In this document: positions 41,736 through 62,640 of the stretch, one piece after another | Numbering within the stretch: position 1 is the stretch's first letter | Layout: each line of letters starts with the position of its first letter | Assembly: GCF_009914755.1 (NCBI RefSeq) | Contig: NC_060926.1 | Source of the DNA: the human T2T-CHM13v2.0 reference genome, Homo sapiens | DNA length: 64,000 nt | Reading direction: 5' to 3' (one strand) | Notes under the pieces: generated by a model | What the model saw: only the letters and a program-made list of their open reading frames with translations | Databases searched by the model: none | Told to the model about the DNA's origin: nothing | Program-made: the position numbers and the translations under genes

Positions 41736-43912
41736 CAGAAGTAAATGAGTTACAAATTTCCAAAAGGAAATTGATAAAATAATTCAAAATACCAAAGAAA
41801 ATAGTGCTTGCAGGTAACTTTACCTAAAAGACAATGAGAAGCTTTGAAAAATTATTAGTTAATCCTGTAAGATGTTTGAACAGTGAGAATATTAAAAATA
41901 TTGATAATGGTATTTTTCTACTTGATCATTTTCTCTCTCTCCTTTTACTCTTACCAAATCACATTTTTATGTCTTTGTATGTCTTATGCTATATTGATTT
42001 CAAAATCCTTTTCATTTCAAACAGGATTCCATGAACAAAGGACATAGAAACAAATGAAAATAATTATTTTATTGTATATAATGTCTAAATTCAAATTACT
42101 ACAAATTGACATAATATAAAAAATAATTCTATTTGCTAAGAAAAAACAAAATAGGGCTTCATCATTTGACTCTACTCTCAGAAAAACCTATAATGTATTA
42201 AAAAGTCTAACTTTTATCTCTTATTTTATCTTTGAATTGGTTTCTTAATGGGAATAACAACCCCAGACAGCCAAATGAAGTTAAGGAAACTGTTTTTAAA
42301 AATCTATTTGTCTGTGCTGTCTGAGAATTATATATATATATATGTCTTCTTTGATTAGATCTAAATTCTCTAACCAAATTACGTGTTTTTATTTCTGAAC
42401 TCTCCCTTTATCATTAGCAACTGTCACAATTTCAGAGTTGTTAACAATTTGGTTGTACTTTATGTAAGCCTTTTAACTTTAAGCTTATTTATATCAGTTC
42501 CTCTTACTCTAATAACACTTGAGAATTTATGTATGCTATATTTATTTTTTCCTCAATCCCATATATATCACTTTCATGCTTCTTTAAGTGATGTGCTGTA
42601 GAAACCAAAACTGATGCTAGAAAAACCTTATTAAGCAAATAATATATTTTACTCTCTCTAAACCTTTTGTAGTTATTTTACATTATCTTCTCAGCTCATC
42701 CCAACTGATTAAAATTCCTTCACTGAGGCTTAGGTCTTTGTTATTTTGAGATCAGGGCATTCAAGTATCAGGAACAGCTGTAAAATATTTACGGAAGGAA
42801 CGGAAAAGAAGGAAAGCAATGACAACATGAGCCTAGAAGGATGGAAAAGCATGTTCTGATTAATGGACACTGAGAAAGTAGTTATTGAAAATGACAGAAA
42901 GGCGTGCTCTTGGCACTGTGAAGCCTTTTTTCTCTGCACAAGAACTAAGAGGCTCCAAGCTGAGATATGGGAAACATAACAAAACAAGAAAGCATACCAA
43001 AAGAGAGAGAAGAGAATGACAGCAGAAACAAGGAAGATTCGAAACAATGAGCAAAAAGTAACACAGAAGGCTACAAACAGGGAACAGAGGAGCAAAGAAT
43101 CTGGTAGAGATAGTCCTGAGCAAAAGAAGTTGAACCTAGCCACCTCAGGAGAGAGGGAAAAAGGTAAAAATGGTGGAAAGGTGGCATAGGCCTCAGCCCA
43201 GGGAGGGTCAGGGGCTGAATGGGAAGGGAGGGAGTATCAGCAGAAAACACTTTGATATTTTTAGCACTGAGGTTAGGACAACTCCATAGTTTGGGCTGAG
43301 GTGGAGAAAAGCAGATGGGGAAAAGGTTCATAGATGGTTGCGATATTACTCATTTCTAATCCTAACATTTCCTTTATTATATGATCCCCACCCCCTTTAT
43401 TACAGGAGTAATAAATTCAACAAAATTGTAAAGATGGGAAATTGCATGGCGTAAGGGAGGAGAGGGAGTAGATGAATTTAGTTATAATGGAAGGTTCATG
43501 TAGGGGAGTGGTGCCAGGGAAGACTAGAAATCCACGGCAGAGGCAGATTGTGAGAGTCCTCAGATGTCAGGGCAAGGAACTGGGCTCCAGCAAGGAAGGA
43601 GTAAGGAAGGATTTTCAGCAAGTATGTGAAATGATGAACACAGTGTTTTAGGGAGATAAATTTACCAGCATAAGACATTCAGAATGGAGACGGAGGGAAG
43701 CCAGAGGCAAGAAAATTAGTTAGAAAGTTAAGGTGCTTATCGCAGAGAGCAAAGCCCTTAAAAATGTGTACATAAAAAAATTCTGCTTCTGGGAATTTAT
43801 ATCCTAAGGAAATACTTATGTACACAAAGATTTCACTACTAAAGATGCTTATTGCAATGTTGCTATAAAACATTAATAAACATCTATAAAATTTTTCTGA
43901 AAACACTTTTAA

Positions 43913-45477
<1,565 letters not shown>

Positions 45478-45914
45478 AGTAAAATGTATATTTTAAAGAT
45501 GAAATTGAAGCTTATCATGGCAGAATTCAAATGTCAAGATAAACTGCAACGTCTTGTAATAAAACTTTGCAGACATGATCATGGAACAGCTGACAGTAAT
45601 TTGAATAATCTTGAAAAATAGATTAAATATTGTTATAGACATTTGTAGACAATATTAAAAGGTGTGGGTGGGGATGGTAAGACATAGATGGGAGATCAAC
45701 TGTAACAACAAATATATCAAACCAACCCGTTGGACAGTGGTTCTCAACTTCTGAGTATTAGTAAGGCATTTTAAAATACTACAGTTTTTTATAGCATATG
45801 TTACTAGATAAAAAGTGTTACTCAAAGTAATACTAAATAAGTCAGCAATAATTATAAGGTAATGGCTACTGCAGGATAAACATGCATAACACTGTTTATA
45901 AAGAATTAGTATGT

Positions 45915-46137
45915 AGTGGACAGCTGTTGGTTTTACTTCTCAGCATCCATTCACCATTTTTCTGGGAAAACAGCATGCCAGAATGCCCTCAGAGAGCCAC
46001 CCCTCTTCTCTTCTCAATCCTTGTGGTTTGAGGCTCGGGATGCTCCCTAAATCAATAAGCAACTCCCAACCCCTTGGCTACAGATTGGTCCAATGATGAG
46101 CATGTGGCCCAAATCTGGACAATAAGAGTGAGGACTA
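45915..46137 (+). mobile_element. MLT1 (MaLR) LTR 5' part; the remainder probably lies at ~51900-52180
   Basis: CAGCATCCATTCACCATTTT...GATTGGTCCAATGATGAGCATGTGGCCCAAATCTGGACAATAAGAG. The downstream piece ends TAAGCCAGTTT. Confidence 0.55.
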
Positions 46138-49100
46138 GGAGGAGATAAAGCAAGATGGCCGAAGAGACACCTCCAGCAATTGTCCCCTCACAGGAACACC
46201 AAATTGAACAATTATCCACACAAAAAAGCACCATCATAAGAACCAAAAATCAGGTGAGCAATCACAGTACCTGGCTTTAATATTACATTAAGAAAAGATA
46301 TACCGAAGAAAGTAAGAAAGACAGTCTTGAATCACCTATAACACCCATCTCTCATCCCCCAGCAGCAGCCATATAGTGCAGAGGGAGACTCTGTGCCCTT
46401 GGGGGAGGGAGATTGCAGTGATTGTGAGACTTTGTTGGAACTCAGTGCTGTCCTGTCACAGTAGAAAGCTACATGGGGCAGAACCTAGCAGCCACCCATA
46501 GAGGAAGCATTTAGGCCAGTCCTAGCCAGAGGAAAATAGTCCAACCCAGCAGTCAGCACCTGAGTTCTGGCAAGGCCCACCACCATCGGCTAAAGTGCTC
46601 TGGGGTTCTAAATATAATTGAAAGGAAATCTAGGCCACAAGGACTGCAATTCCTGGGCAAGTCTTGGTGCTGTGCTGGGCTTAGAGCCAGTGGACTTGGG
46701 ATGCATGTGACATAGTGAGACACCAGCTGGGGCAGCCAATAATGTGCTTGCATCGCCTTTCCCCCAACCTCAGGGAGCACAGCTGGCAGCTCCAGGAGAC
46801 ACTCCTTCCCTCTGCTTGAGGAGAGGGGAGAGTAAAGAGGACTTTGTCTTGCAACTTGGGTACCAGCTCAGACATAGCAGGACAGGGCACCAGGTGGAGT
46901 CCTGAGGTCCCCATTCCAGGCCCTATTTCCTAGACAACATTTGTAGACACACCCTTGGCCAGAAGGGAACCCACTACCTTGAAGAGAAGGGCCCATCCCT
47001 GGTAGAATTAATCACTTGCTGACTAAACGGTCCTTGGGCCCTGAATAATTAGCAGTGGTAGCCAGACAGTACTTGTCATGAGCCATGGGTGAAACTCAGA
47101 GCCATGCTAGCTTCAGGTGTGACCCAACACATTCCTAGCTGTGGTGGCTACAGGGAGAGTCCCCTTCTGCTTGAGGAAAGGAAAGAAAACAGTAAAGGGG
47201 ACTTTGTCGTGCAGCTTGGGTACCAGCTCAGCCATGGTGGGGTAGAGCAACAAGTGGGCTCTTGGGGTCCCCAGTTCCAGGTGTTGGCCCCTGGACAGCA
47301 TTTATGGACCTGCCCTGGGCCAGAGGGGAACCCACTGCCCTGATGGGAGAGACTCGGGCCTGGCAGCATTCATCAAAAGCTTATTGAAGACGCCTTGGGA
47401 CTTGAATGAACATCAGGGGTAGCCAGGCAGTATTTACTGTGGGTTTGAGGCAGTTTTGGCCATAGGGAGAGACTCCCCTGCTTCAGGAAAGGGAAAAGAA
47501 GAATGGGAAGGACTTTGTCTTGTGGCTTTGGTGCCAACGCAGCCACAGTAGAATACAGTACCAGATAGATTCCTCAGGTTCCCAACTCTAGGCTTTGGCT
47601 CCTGGATGGCATCTCCGGACCCACCTGGGGTTGGGGGGAGCTTGCTGCCCTGAAGGAAAGGACAAGCCTGGCTGGATTTGCCAGCTGCTGATTGTAGAGC
47701 CTTTGGTCCTTGAGTGAACATAGGCAGTAGCCAGGCAGTGGTCACTGCAGGCCTTGGGAATGACTCAGTACTGTGCTGACTTTGGGTTTAACCCAGCACA
47801 GTCCCAGTGGTGGTGGCCACAGGGGTGCTTATGTCACCCTTCCCCCAGCTCCAGGCAGCTCAGCACAGAGAGAGAGAGAGAGACTCTGTTTAGGGGAAAA
47901 AAGGGAAGGGAGCAAGAGTCTCTACCTCGTAATCCAGAGAATTCTCCTGGATCTTACCTAGATCATCAAGGAGGTACTTCTATAGGTCTACAGGATTCAC
48001 AATGTTACTGGGCTTGGGTGTCCCCTAAAGAAGACATGGCTACAGTGACCAAAGACATAGATCACAACATCCAAGTCTTTTTGAATACCTGAAAAGCCTT
48101 CCCAAAAAGGGTGGGTACAAATAAGCCCAGACTGCTTACAATAAACACCTAACTTCAATGCCTAGACACTGACAAATATCCACAAGCATCACAATGATCC
48201 AGGAAAACAAGACCTCACCAAATGAACTTACTAAGGCACCAGTGACCAATTCCAGAGAGATAGAGATATGTGACCTTTCAGATAGAGAATTCAAAATGGC
48301 TGTTTTGAGGAAGCTCAACAAAATACAAGATAACACAGAGAAGGAATTCAGAATCCTATCAGATAAATTAAACAAAAGATAGAAATAACTTAAAAGAATC
48401 AAGCAGAAATTGTGGTGTTGAAAAATGCAATTGACCTAATGAAGGATGCATCAGAGTCTCTCAACAGCAGGATAAATCAAGTAGAACAAATTAGTGAGCT
48501 TGAAAAGGTTAAACCAAAAAAGAGTAGGAGTAGCTATACTTGTATTATACAAAGTAGATTTCAAGACAAAAACTATAAAAAGAGACAAAGAAGGTCACTA
48601 TGTAATAATAAAGGAGTCAGTTCAGCAAGAGGATATAACAATTGTATATATATATATGCACCCAACACTGGAGCACCCAGGTTTATAAAGCAACTATTAC
48701 AAGAGCTAAAGAGAAAGATATACCCCAATACATTAATAGCTGGAGACTTCAACACTCCACTTTCAGCACTGGACAGATTATCCAGACAGAAAATCAACAA
48801 AAAATATTGGATATAATCTGCACTATCAACCAAATGGACCCAATAGATAGGCATAGAACATTTCATCCAACAGCTACAGATTACATATTCTTCTGCTCAG
48901 CATATGGATCATTCTCAAGGATAGACTGTATGTTAGGCTACAAAACAAGTCTTAAAGCATTAAAAAAATTGAAAATAATATCAAGTATCTTCTCTGACAA
49001 CAATGGAATAAAACTAGAAATCAATAACAAGAGGAATTTTGGAAACTATACAAACACATGGAAATTAAATAATATGCTCCTGAATGACCAGTGAGTCAAT

Positions 49101-51860
49101 GAAGAAATTAATAAAGAAATTTAAAAAGTTATTAAAACAAATGAAAATAGAAACACAAGATACCAAAATCTATGGGATACAGCAAAAGCAGTACTAAAAG
49201 GAAAGCCTACAGCAATAAGTGCCTACATCAAAAAAGTAGAAAAACTTCAAATAACCTAACAATGCATCTTAAAGAAGTAGAAATGCAAGAGCAAACAAAA
49301 CCCAAAATTAGTAGATGAAAAGAAATAGTTAACATCAGAGCAGAAATAAATCAAATTGAAATGAGAAAAATACAAAAGATCAATGAAATAAGACCTTGAT
49401 TTTTTGAAAAGAAAAACAAAACTGACAGACAGTTAATGTGACTAAGAAAGAGAGAAGACCCAAATAAATAAAATCTGAGATAAAAAAGGAGACATTAAGA
49501 CTGATACCACAGAATTTCAAAGGATCATTAGCGGTTACTATGAGCATCTATATGTCAATAAATTGGAAAATTTAGAAGAAATTGGTAAATTCCTGGACAC
49601 ATACAACCTAGCAAGATTGAACCATGAAGAAATAAAAAATCTGAACAGATGAATAACATGTAATGAGATTAAAGCCATAAAAAAAAGTCTCCCAGCAAAG
49701 AAAAGCGCAGGACCCGATGGCTTCACTGCTGAATTTTACTAAATATGTAAAGAAGAACTAGTACCAATCTTATTCAGATTATTCCAGATTCAATCTTATT
49801 CAGATTATAGAGGAGGAGGGAATACTTCTGAACTCATTCTACAAGGTTAGTATTACCCTGATACCAAAATCAGACAAAGGTGCCTCAAAAAAATAAAGCT
49901 ACTGACCCATATTCCTGATAAACATTGATGCAAAAATCCTCAACAAAATACTAGCAAACCAAATTCAACAACGTAACAAAAAGATCATTCATCATGACCA
50001 AGTGGGATTTATCCAAGGGATGCAATGATGGTTCAACATATGCAAATCAATCAATGTGATCTACCAACGGAATGAAAGACAAAAGCCATATGATCATTTC
50101 AATTAATGCTGAAAAAGCATTCAATAAAATCCAACATCTCTTCATGATAAAACTCTCAAAAAACTTGGTATAGAAGGACCATATATCGACACAATAAAAG
50201 CCATATATGATAGACCCACAGCTAGCATCATACTGAATGAGGAAAAACTGAAAGCCTTTCCTGTGAGATCTGGAACATGACAAGGATGCCCACTTTTACC
50301 ACTGTTATTTAACATAGTACTGGAAGTCCTAGCTAGAGCAATGAGATAGAGAAAGAAATAAAGAACATCCAAATTGGAAAGAAAAAAGTCGAATTATCCT
50401 TGTTTGCGAGTGATATAGTCATATATTTGGAAAAACCTAATGACTCCATCAAAAATTATTAGAATTGATAAATTCAGTAAAGTTGCAGGATACAAAATCA
50501 AACATACAAAAATCAGTAGCATTTCTATATGCCAACAGTGAACAATCTGAAAAAAAATTTAAAAAGGAATCGCATTTACAATAGCTACAAACAAAATAAA
50601 ATGACTAGGAATAAACTTAACCAAAGAAGTGAAAGATATCTACAGTGAAAACTATAAAACATTGGTGAAATAAATTCCCAGCCTGGGCAAAATAGTGAGA
50701 CACTGTCTCTACAAAAGATTTTAAAATTTGGCTGGACATGGTGGTGTACAGCTGTAGTCCTAGTTACTTGGGAGGCTGGGGTGGCAGGATCAGTTGAGCC
50801 CAGGAGTTCCAAGTATAAGGCTGCAGTAATCTATGATCATGCCATTGCACTCCAGGCTGGGTGATAGAGCAAGATTCTGTCTCCAAAGAAAAAAAAAAAA
50901 AAAAAAGAAAGATATTTAAGAGGACACAAAAAATTGAAAGATATTTCATGTCCATGGATTGGAATAATCAATATTGTTAAAATGTCCATACTGCCCAAAG
51001 CAATCTATAGATTCAATGCAATCCCTATCAAAATCCTAATGACATTCTTCATGGAAATTGAAAAAAAAACAAAAAACAAAAAAGAAAAACCTAAAATGTA
51101 TATGGAACCACAAAAGACCCAGAATAGCCAAAGCCAGCCTGAGCAGAAAGAACAAAACTGGAGGAATCACATTACCTGACTTAAAATTTTTTTAATCACA
51201 AAACTAACTTTGTTATATTTTTCCCACTTAGATTTCTACGTTAAGTATCATCACTGTCCCAGTGACTTCTGGTTCTTCTTTTCTTGATGCACACAATGTC
51301 CTCAGACTTCTTTGGATTTTCTGCACATCTCTTGACACTCCACGTTACTCTCCACTCAGATTCACTCTCCAAAGTGCTTGCTGCAGACTGGCTTTTAGTC
51401 TTTCTTGATCTCTCAAACACATGGAGTCTGAATTTCTTGCTTCTTCTTTCCCTTTCTGACTCTGCATGTGAACCCCTGCACTCTTGTCCCCTCTGTTCTA
51501 CCTGACTTAAAATTATATTACAGAGCTAGGCATGGTGGCTCATGCCTGTAATCCCAACACTTTGGGAGGCCGAGGCAGGAGGATTGCATAAGCCCAGGAG
51601 TTTGAAACCAGCCTTGGCAACATAGCGACACCCTGTCTCAAAAAAATTTTTTAAAATTATATTACAGAACAGTAGTAATCAGAACAGCAAGGCATAAAAA
51701 CAGACATGTTGACAAATGAAACAGAATAGTGAACCCGGAGATAAATCCATACATCTACAGTTAACTCATTTTCAACAAAGGTGCCAAGAACATATGCAGA
51801 AGAATGAAACTAGATACCTATCTCTCACCATATACAAAAATCAAATCAAAATGGATTAGA
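46138..51860 (+). mobile_element. Large old L1M (L1MA-age) element: 5'UTR with internal repeats, ORF1 remnant, internal deletion, degenerate ORF2 (EN/RT)
   Basis: CAAGATGGCCGA 5' start. ORF1-like DLSDREFKMAVLRKL. EN-like GDFNTPLSALDR and SDNNGIKLEIN. RT-region GACCAAGTGGGATTTATCC and CAAGGATGCCCACT. Many stops and frameshifts. Contains an Alu (~50678-50908), the retrocopy-like insert, and a FLAM (51525-51651). Confidence 0.92.
51189..51498 (-). pseudogene. 5'-truncated processed-pseudogene-like insert of an unidentified mRNA 3' end, inside L1 ORF2
   Basis: Non-L1 310-bp block flanked by identical TACCTGACTTAAAATT (51173-51188 and 51499-51514). T-run at the left end (poly-A on minus). Minus-strand frame is open for 85 codons to TAA at 51241-51243, followed by a short 3'UTR. 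Confidence 0.7.
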
Positions 51861-52182
51861 GCCTTATCTAATCATAATGAGTCATGGGAAAATACTTCTC
51901 TTCAAGTAACTTAGAACCTAGAATGATATAGGATGGAGAATTGCTGACATCGTCTTACCACCTCAAAGTAAATCCTGCCTGAAATAAAACCAACACAGTG
52001 GAAACGTAGCCATGAGATGGAGAAGAGAGACTGCGTCTTAATAGCATTATTTGAGTCCCTGGTCACACCATGCTTGAGGTCTACTCCTAAACCTTTCAGC
52101 CACATGTCAACAAATTCTGTATTTTGATTAAGCCAGTTTAATGTAATTTCATTAAGCCAATAGCTTGTTAGACTCCTTTTAC

Positions 52183-52578
52183 AAACAAATACCATATGAT
52201 CTCACTTATATGTGAAATCTCAAAAAATTTAACTCAGAAGCAGAGTAGAATAGTGGTTACCAGAGGCTGGGGGAATGAGAGGCAAATTAAGAGAGGTTGG
52301 TCAAAGGTTGCAAAATATCAGTTAGGCAAGAGGAATAAGTTCAAGAGATCTATTGCACCATATGGTGACCATGGTTAATAAAATGTATTGTATGCTTGAC
52401 GATTGCTAAGAGAGTAAATTTTAAGTGCTGTCACCACAAATAAATGATAAATATGTGAGGTAATACATACACTAATTAGCTTGATTGAGCTATTCCACAG
52501 TGTATACATATTTCAAAACATCAGGTTGTACACCATAAATATATACAATTATTATTTGTCAATTATAAATAAATAAAT
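52183..52578 (+). mobile_element. L1MA-type 3'UTR
   Basis: ACAAATACCATATGATCTCACTTATATGTG...GAGGAATAAGTTCAAGAGATCTATTG...TACACCATAAATATATACAATT with an (AAAT)n tail. Confidence 0.85.
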
Positions 52579-52644
52579 GGCACAGAGAGGTTGATTGTAA
52601 ATGGAAGAAAAAATAAACCATGTAAACAAAAAGTCTAAGAAAGC

Positions 52645-53949
52645 CCTTCACTTCGCCCTCCAGCTGCTGCAGCTGCAGCCCGACCGCGAGCGTGCCAAGC
52701 GGCTTCAGCAGCTAGCGGAGCGGTGGCGGCGGCCCCGCTCAGGAGACCACCAGATTCCCCTCTTCCCGCGGCCTCGCCATGGCGACCCACGGACAGACTT
52801 GCGCGCGTCCAATGTGTATTCCTCCATCATATGCTGACCTTGGCAAAGCTGCCAGAGATATTTTCAACAAAGGATTTGGTTTTGGGTTGGTGAAACTGGA
52901 TGTGAAAACAAAGTCTTGCAGTGGCGTGGAATTTTCAACGTCCGGTTCATCTAATACAGACACTGGTAAAGTTACTGGGACCCTGGAGACCAAATACAAG
53001 TGGTGTGAGTATGGTCTGACTTTCACAGAAAAGTGGAACACTGATAACACTCTGGGAACAGAAATCGCAATTGAAGACCAGATTTGTCAAGGTTTGAAAC
53101 TGACATTTGATACTACCTTCTCACCAAACACAGGAAAGAAAAGTGGTAAAATCAAGTCTTACAAGAGGGAGTGTATAAACCTTGGTTGTGATGTTGACTT
53201 TGATTTTGCTGGACCTGCAATCCATGGTTCAGCTGTCTTTGGTTATGAGGGCTGGCTTGCTGGCTACCAGATGACCTTTGACAGTGCCAAATCAAAGCTG
53301 ACAAGGAATAACTTTGCAGTGGGCTACAGGACTGGGGACTTCCAGCTACACACTAATGTCAATGATGGGACAGAATTTGGAGGATCAATTTATCAGAAAG
53401 TTTGTGAAGATCTTGACACTTCAGTAAACCTTGCTTGGACATCAGGTACCAACTGCACTCGTTTTGGCATTGCAGCTAAATATCAGTTGGATCCCACTGC
53501 TTCCATTTCTGCAAAAGTCAACAACTCTAGCTTAATTGGAGTAGGCTATACTCAGACTCTGAGGCCTGGTGTGAAGCTTACACTCTCTGCTCTGGTAGAC
53601 GGGAAGAGCATTAATGCTGGAGGCCACAAGGTTGGGCTCGCCCTGGAGTTGGAGGCTTAATCCAGCTGAAAGAAACCTTTGGGAATGGATATCAGAAGAT
53701 TTGGCCTTAATATATTTCCATTGTGACCAGCAGCAGGCTTTTTTCCCCCAAGAAGATGATCAAAACAAAGGATGATCTCAACAAGAGCTGTATTTTAAGT
53801 ATTTAGACAGTTCTTTGTTAGCTGGTTTCTAGTTGAATTGGTTATCTAGTTACCAATGCTGCAGTCCTGCAGTCACCTATACATTATTTAAATGTATTTA
53901 ACTGTTAAATGCGCTACCCACCAATAATGAAATAGACCTTTATGAAAAA
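52645..53949 (+). pseudogene. VDAC2: VDAC2 processed retrocopy (near full-length mRNA: GC-rich 5'UTR, intact CDS, 3'UTR, short A tail)
   Basis: Intronless VDAC2 sequence. Perfect direct repeat AAAAAGTCTAAGAAAGC at 52628-52644 and 53950-53966 (TSD). A-run at 53945-53954. CpG-rich 5'UTR at 52645-52778. The symbol is that of the parent gene, which is multi-exon, so this is a retrocopy. Confidence 0.97.
52779..53660 (+). CDS. VDAC2: Intact ORF of the VDAC2 retrocopy, 293 aa (voltage-dependent anion channel 2-like); translation not demonstrated
   Basis: [23 protein letters not shown]...[13 protein letters not shown] matches human VDAC2 as I recall it (294 aa) except KIKSYKR for KIKSSYKR. Strong Kozak context (GCCATGG). 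Confidence 0.75.
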
Positions 53950-54017
53950 AAAAAGTCTAAGAAAGCTGAAGTTTTTATATTAACATAAGATAAAATAAAC
54001 CTCAAGACAGGAATACC

Positions 54018-56676
<2,659 letters not shown>

Positions 56677-57229
56677 CAATGAAACAGTTTTTTATCCGAC
56701 TGCTGGAGGCAACCATGTGCTGCAGTGGATAATAATGCAGATGCTGGAGCTGGACATGATAGGTTTGACTAGCTATGTGACCTTTGGCAAGTAAGCTAAC
56801 TTCTCGGTTTTCTCACCAATCATAGTAATATTACAGTCAGTGCTCAGGAAATATTGACAGCTAGTATTTTTATTACTTCTAGGTCTAAGAAATACTACAC
56901 TAGAAAAACTTGTATGTGCACAAGTCACATACAAGGATATTCATTGCAGCAAGCTTTATAACAGTAAAAAAAATCGAAATGTTCGTAAGTTGGGGAAGGG
57001 ATAAATAAAATGTGACATATTAATATAATAGAATCCTATGCAGTATTAGAGGAACTAGTTCTCTATGTATTAGTTTGGATGGATCTCAAAATTGGAATGT
57101 TGAGTGAGCAGGCAAGTTTGCAGAATGACACTTTTGGGATGATACTACCTATAGAAAAGACACATACAGCAATCAATAGTATGAATTTTATATAGGAACA
57201 TATATGCATTTAGTGGATACTTTTCAATT

Positions 57230-58670
57230 TGGCTTTTTAACTTTTTAATAATTATAAATAAACAGAAATTGCAAAAAATAGTACAGGGAGGTCCCATGTC
57301 CCCTTCATTCAGTTTCCCCCAGTGATAATATATTACATAAGCACAGTTCAATATCAAAACTATTAAATTGACATTGATATAATCCACAACCTCAAATTTC
57401 ATGTTTTATATGCACTCATTTGTGTGTGTACTTCTATGCAATTTTATCATATATGTAACCACCACCACAGTCAAGATACAGAACTGCTTCATCATTGCAA
57501 AGATCCCTCATGCTACCTGTTTATAGTCATATCCATCCCACTCCCTGCCTCCCACATCCTAATGCCTGGCAACCACTAATTTGTTCTCCATCTCTATAAT
57601 TGTGTCACTTCAAGAATGTTATAGAAATGGAAGTATACAGTATGTCAGTATGTAACTTTCTAAGAATGAGTTTTTAAAAAATTTAGCATAATTACTTTGG
57701 GATCTATTCAAGTTGTGTGTATCAATAATTTCTTTCTTTTTATTGCTGTATAGTACTCCATGGGATGAGTGTATCACATTTTGTTTAACCATTCATTCAT
57801 TGAAGGACAAAAACTGGTTGTTTCCAGTTTTTGGTTATTGCAAATAGAACTGTTATGAACATTCATGCATACATTTCCATGTGAATAAATGTTTTCATTT
57901 CTCTGGGGTAAATGCCCAATTGTACAGTTGCTGGGTTGTATGGTAAGTGCACATCAGTTGTACAGTTGCTGAGTTGTATGGTAAGTGTTTAGTTTTATAA
58001 GAAATGGTATTTTCCACCCTGAGTGTATCGTTTCATAGGCTGACCAGAAATATATGAGAAATACAGTTTCTGTATTTGGTATTTCAATAGCATTTGGCAT
58101 TATTTTTAAAAATTTTAGTTATTCTAATATTTTAATAGGTATGTAATGGTATATCGTTGTGGTTTTGTTCATTTTTTTGTTTGTTTTGGAGACAGAGTCT
58201 TGCTCCATTGTCCAGGCTAGAGTGCACCTTACAGCTCACTGCAGCCTCAATCTCCTGTGCTCAAGTGATCCTCCCACCTCAGCCTCCCGAGAAGCTGGGA
58301 CTACAGGTGCATACCACCACGTCCAACTAATATTTAATTTTTTTGTAGAGATGAGGTCTCACTATGTTGCCCATGTTGGTTTCAAACTCCTGGGCTCAAA
58401 TGATCCTCCCACCTCAGCCCCCCAAGTAGCTGGGATCACAGGTGTGAGCCACCATTCCCGGCTAATTTTTTATTTTTTGTAGAGATGGGGTCCTCACTAC
58501 GTTGTCTGGGCTGGTCTCCAACTCCTGGGCGCAAATGATTTTTCTGCCTTGGCCTCCTGAAGTGCCGGGATTAAAGGTGTGAGCCACCATGCCCGGCCTC
58601 ATTGTGGTTTTAATTTGCATTTCCATAATGGCTCATGGTGTTGAACCTCTTTTCATGTGCATCTAATGAG
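57230..58670 (-). mobile_element. Antisense L1MC/MD-type 3' region with a trimeric AluJ (~58160-58598)
   Basis: CCTGGCAACCACTAATTTGTTCTCCATCTCTATAATT and TTGTTTCCAGTTTTTGG L1M motifs. Confidence 0.75.
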
Positions 58671-58804
58671 TGTTTTTTTAAATGGTCTCTAAGAACTCAT
58701 CATGACTTAAGGCAATACTACTTCTTGGGAAAGTGAGAGGAAACTGGGAGTGATACTGGGAAGAAAAAGGGACTCATGGTACATCTAAAATGCTCTATAT
58801 GTTA

Positions 58805-62640
<3,836 letters not shown>

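Noticed and set aside
42730-43331. Purine-rich plus strand with hydrophobic minus-strand ORFs (137 aa)
   Set aside because: Strand compositional bias explains the open frames. I see no recognisable protein, TSD or tail.
46780-47745. Three ~300-360-bp diverged direct repeats (…GGACTTTGTC.TG…GGTACCAGCTCAG…)
   Set aside because: They lie within the L1M 5'UTR, where such internal repeats are, as I recall, part of the consensus. They are not a CRISPR-like or novel array.
48136-51179. ORFs with L1 ORF1/endonuclease/RT similarity
   Set aside because: They are fragments of a dead L1M with many stops, frameshifts and an internal deletion, so not an active element.
52601-52837. 78-aa ORF running from flank into the VDAC2 5'UTR
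   Set aside because: It is out of frame with VDAC2 (offset 178 nt) and is a chance fusion of L1-derived flank and GC-rich UTR. At most it is an inhibitory upstream ORF.
52739-53050. 103-aa antisense ORF
   Set aside because: Shadow frame of the VDAC2 CDS.
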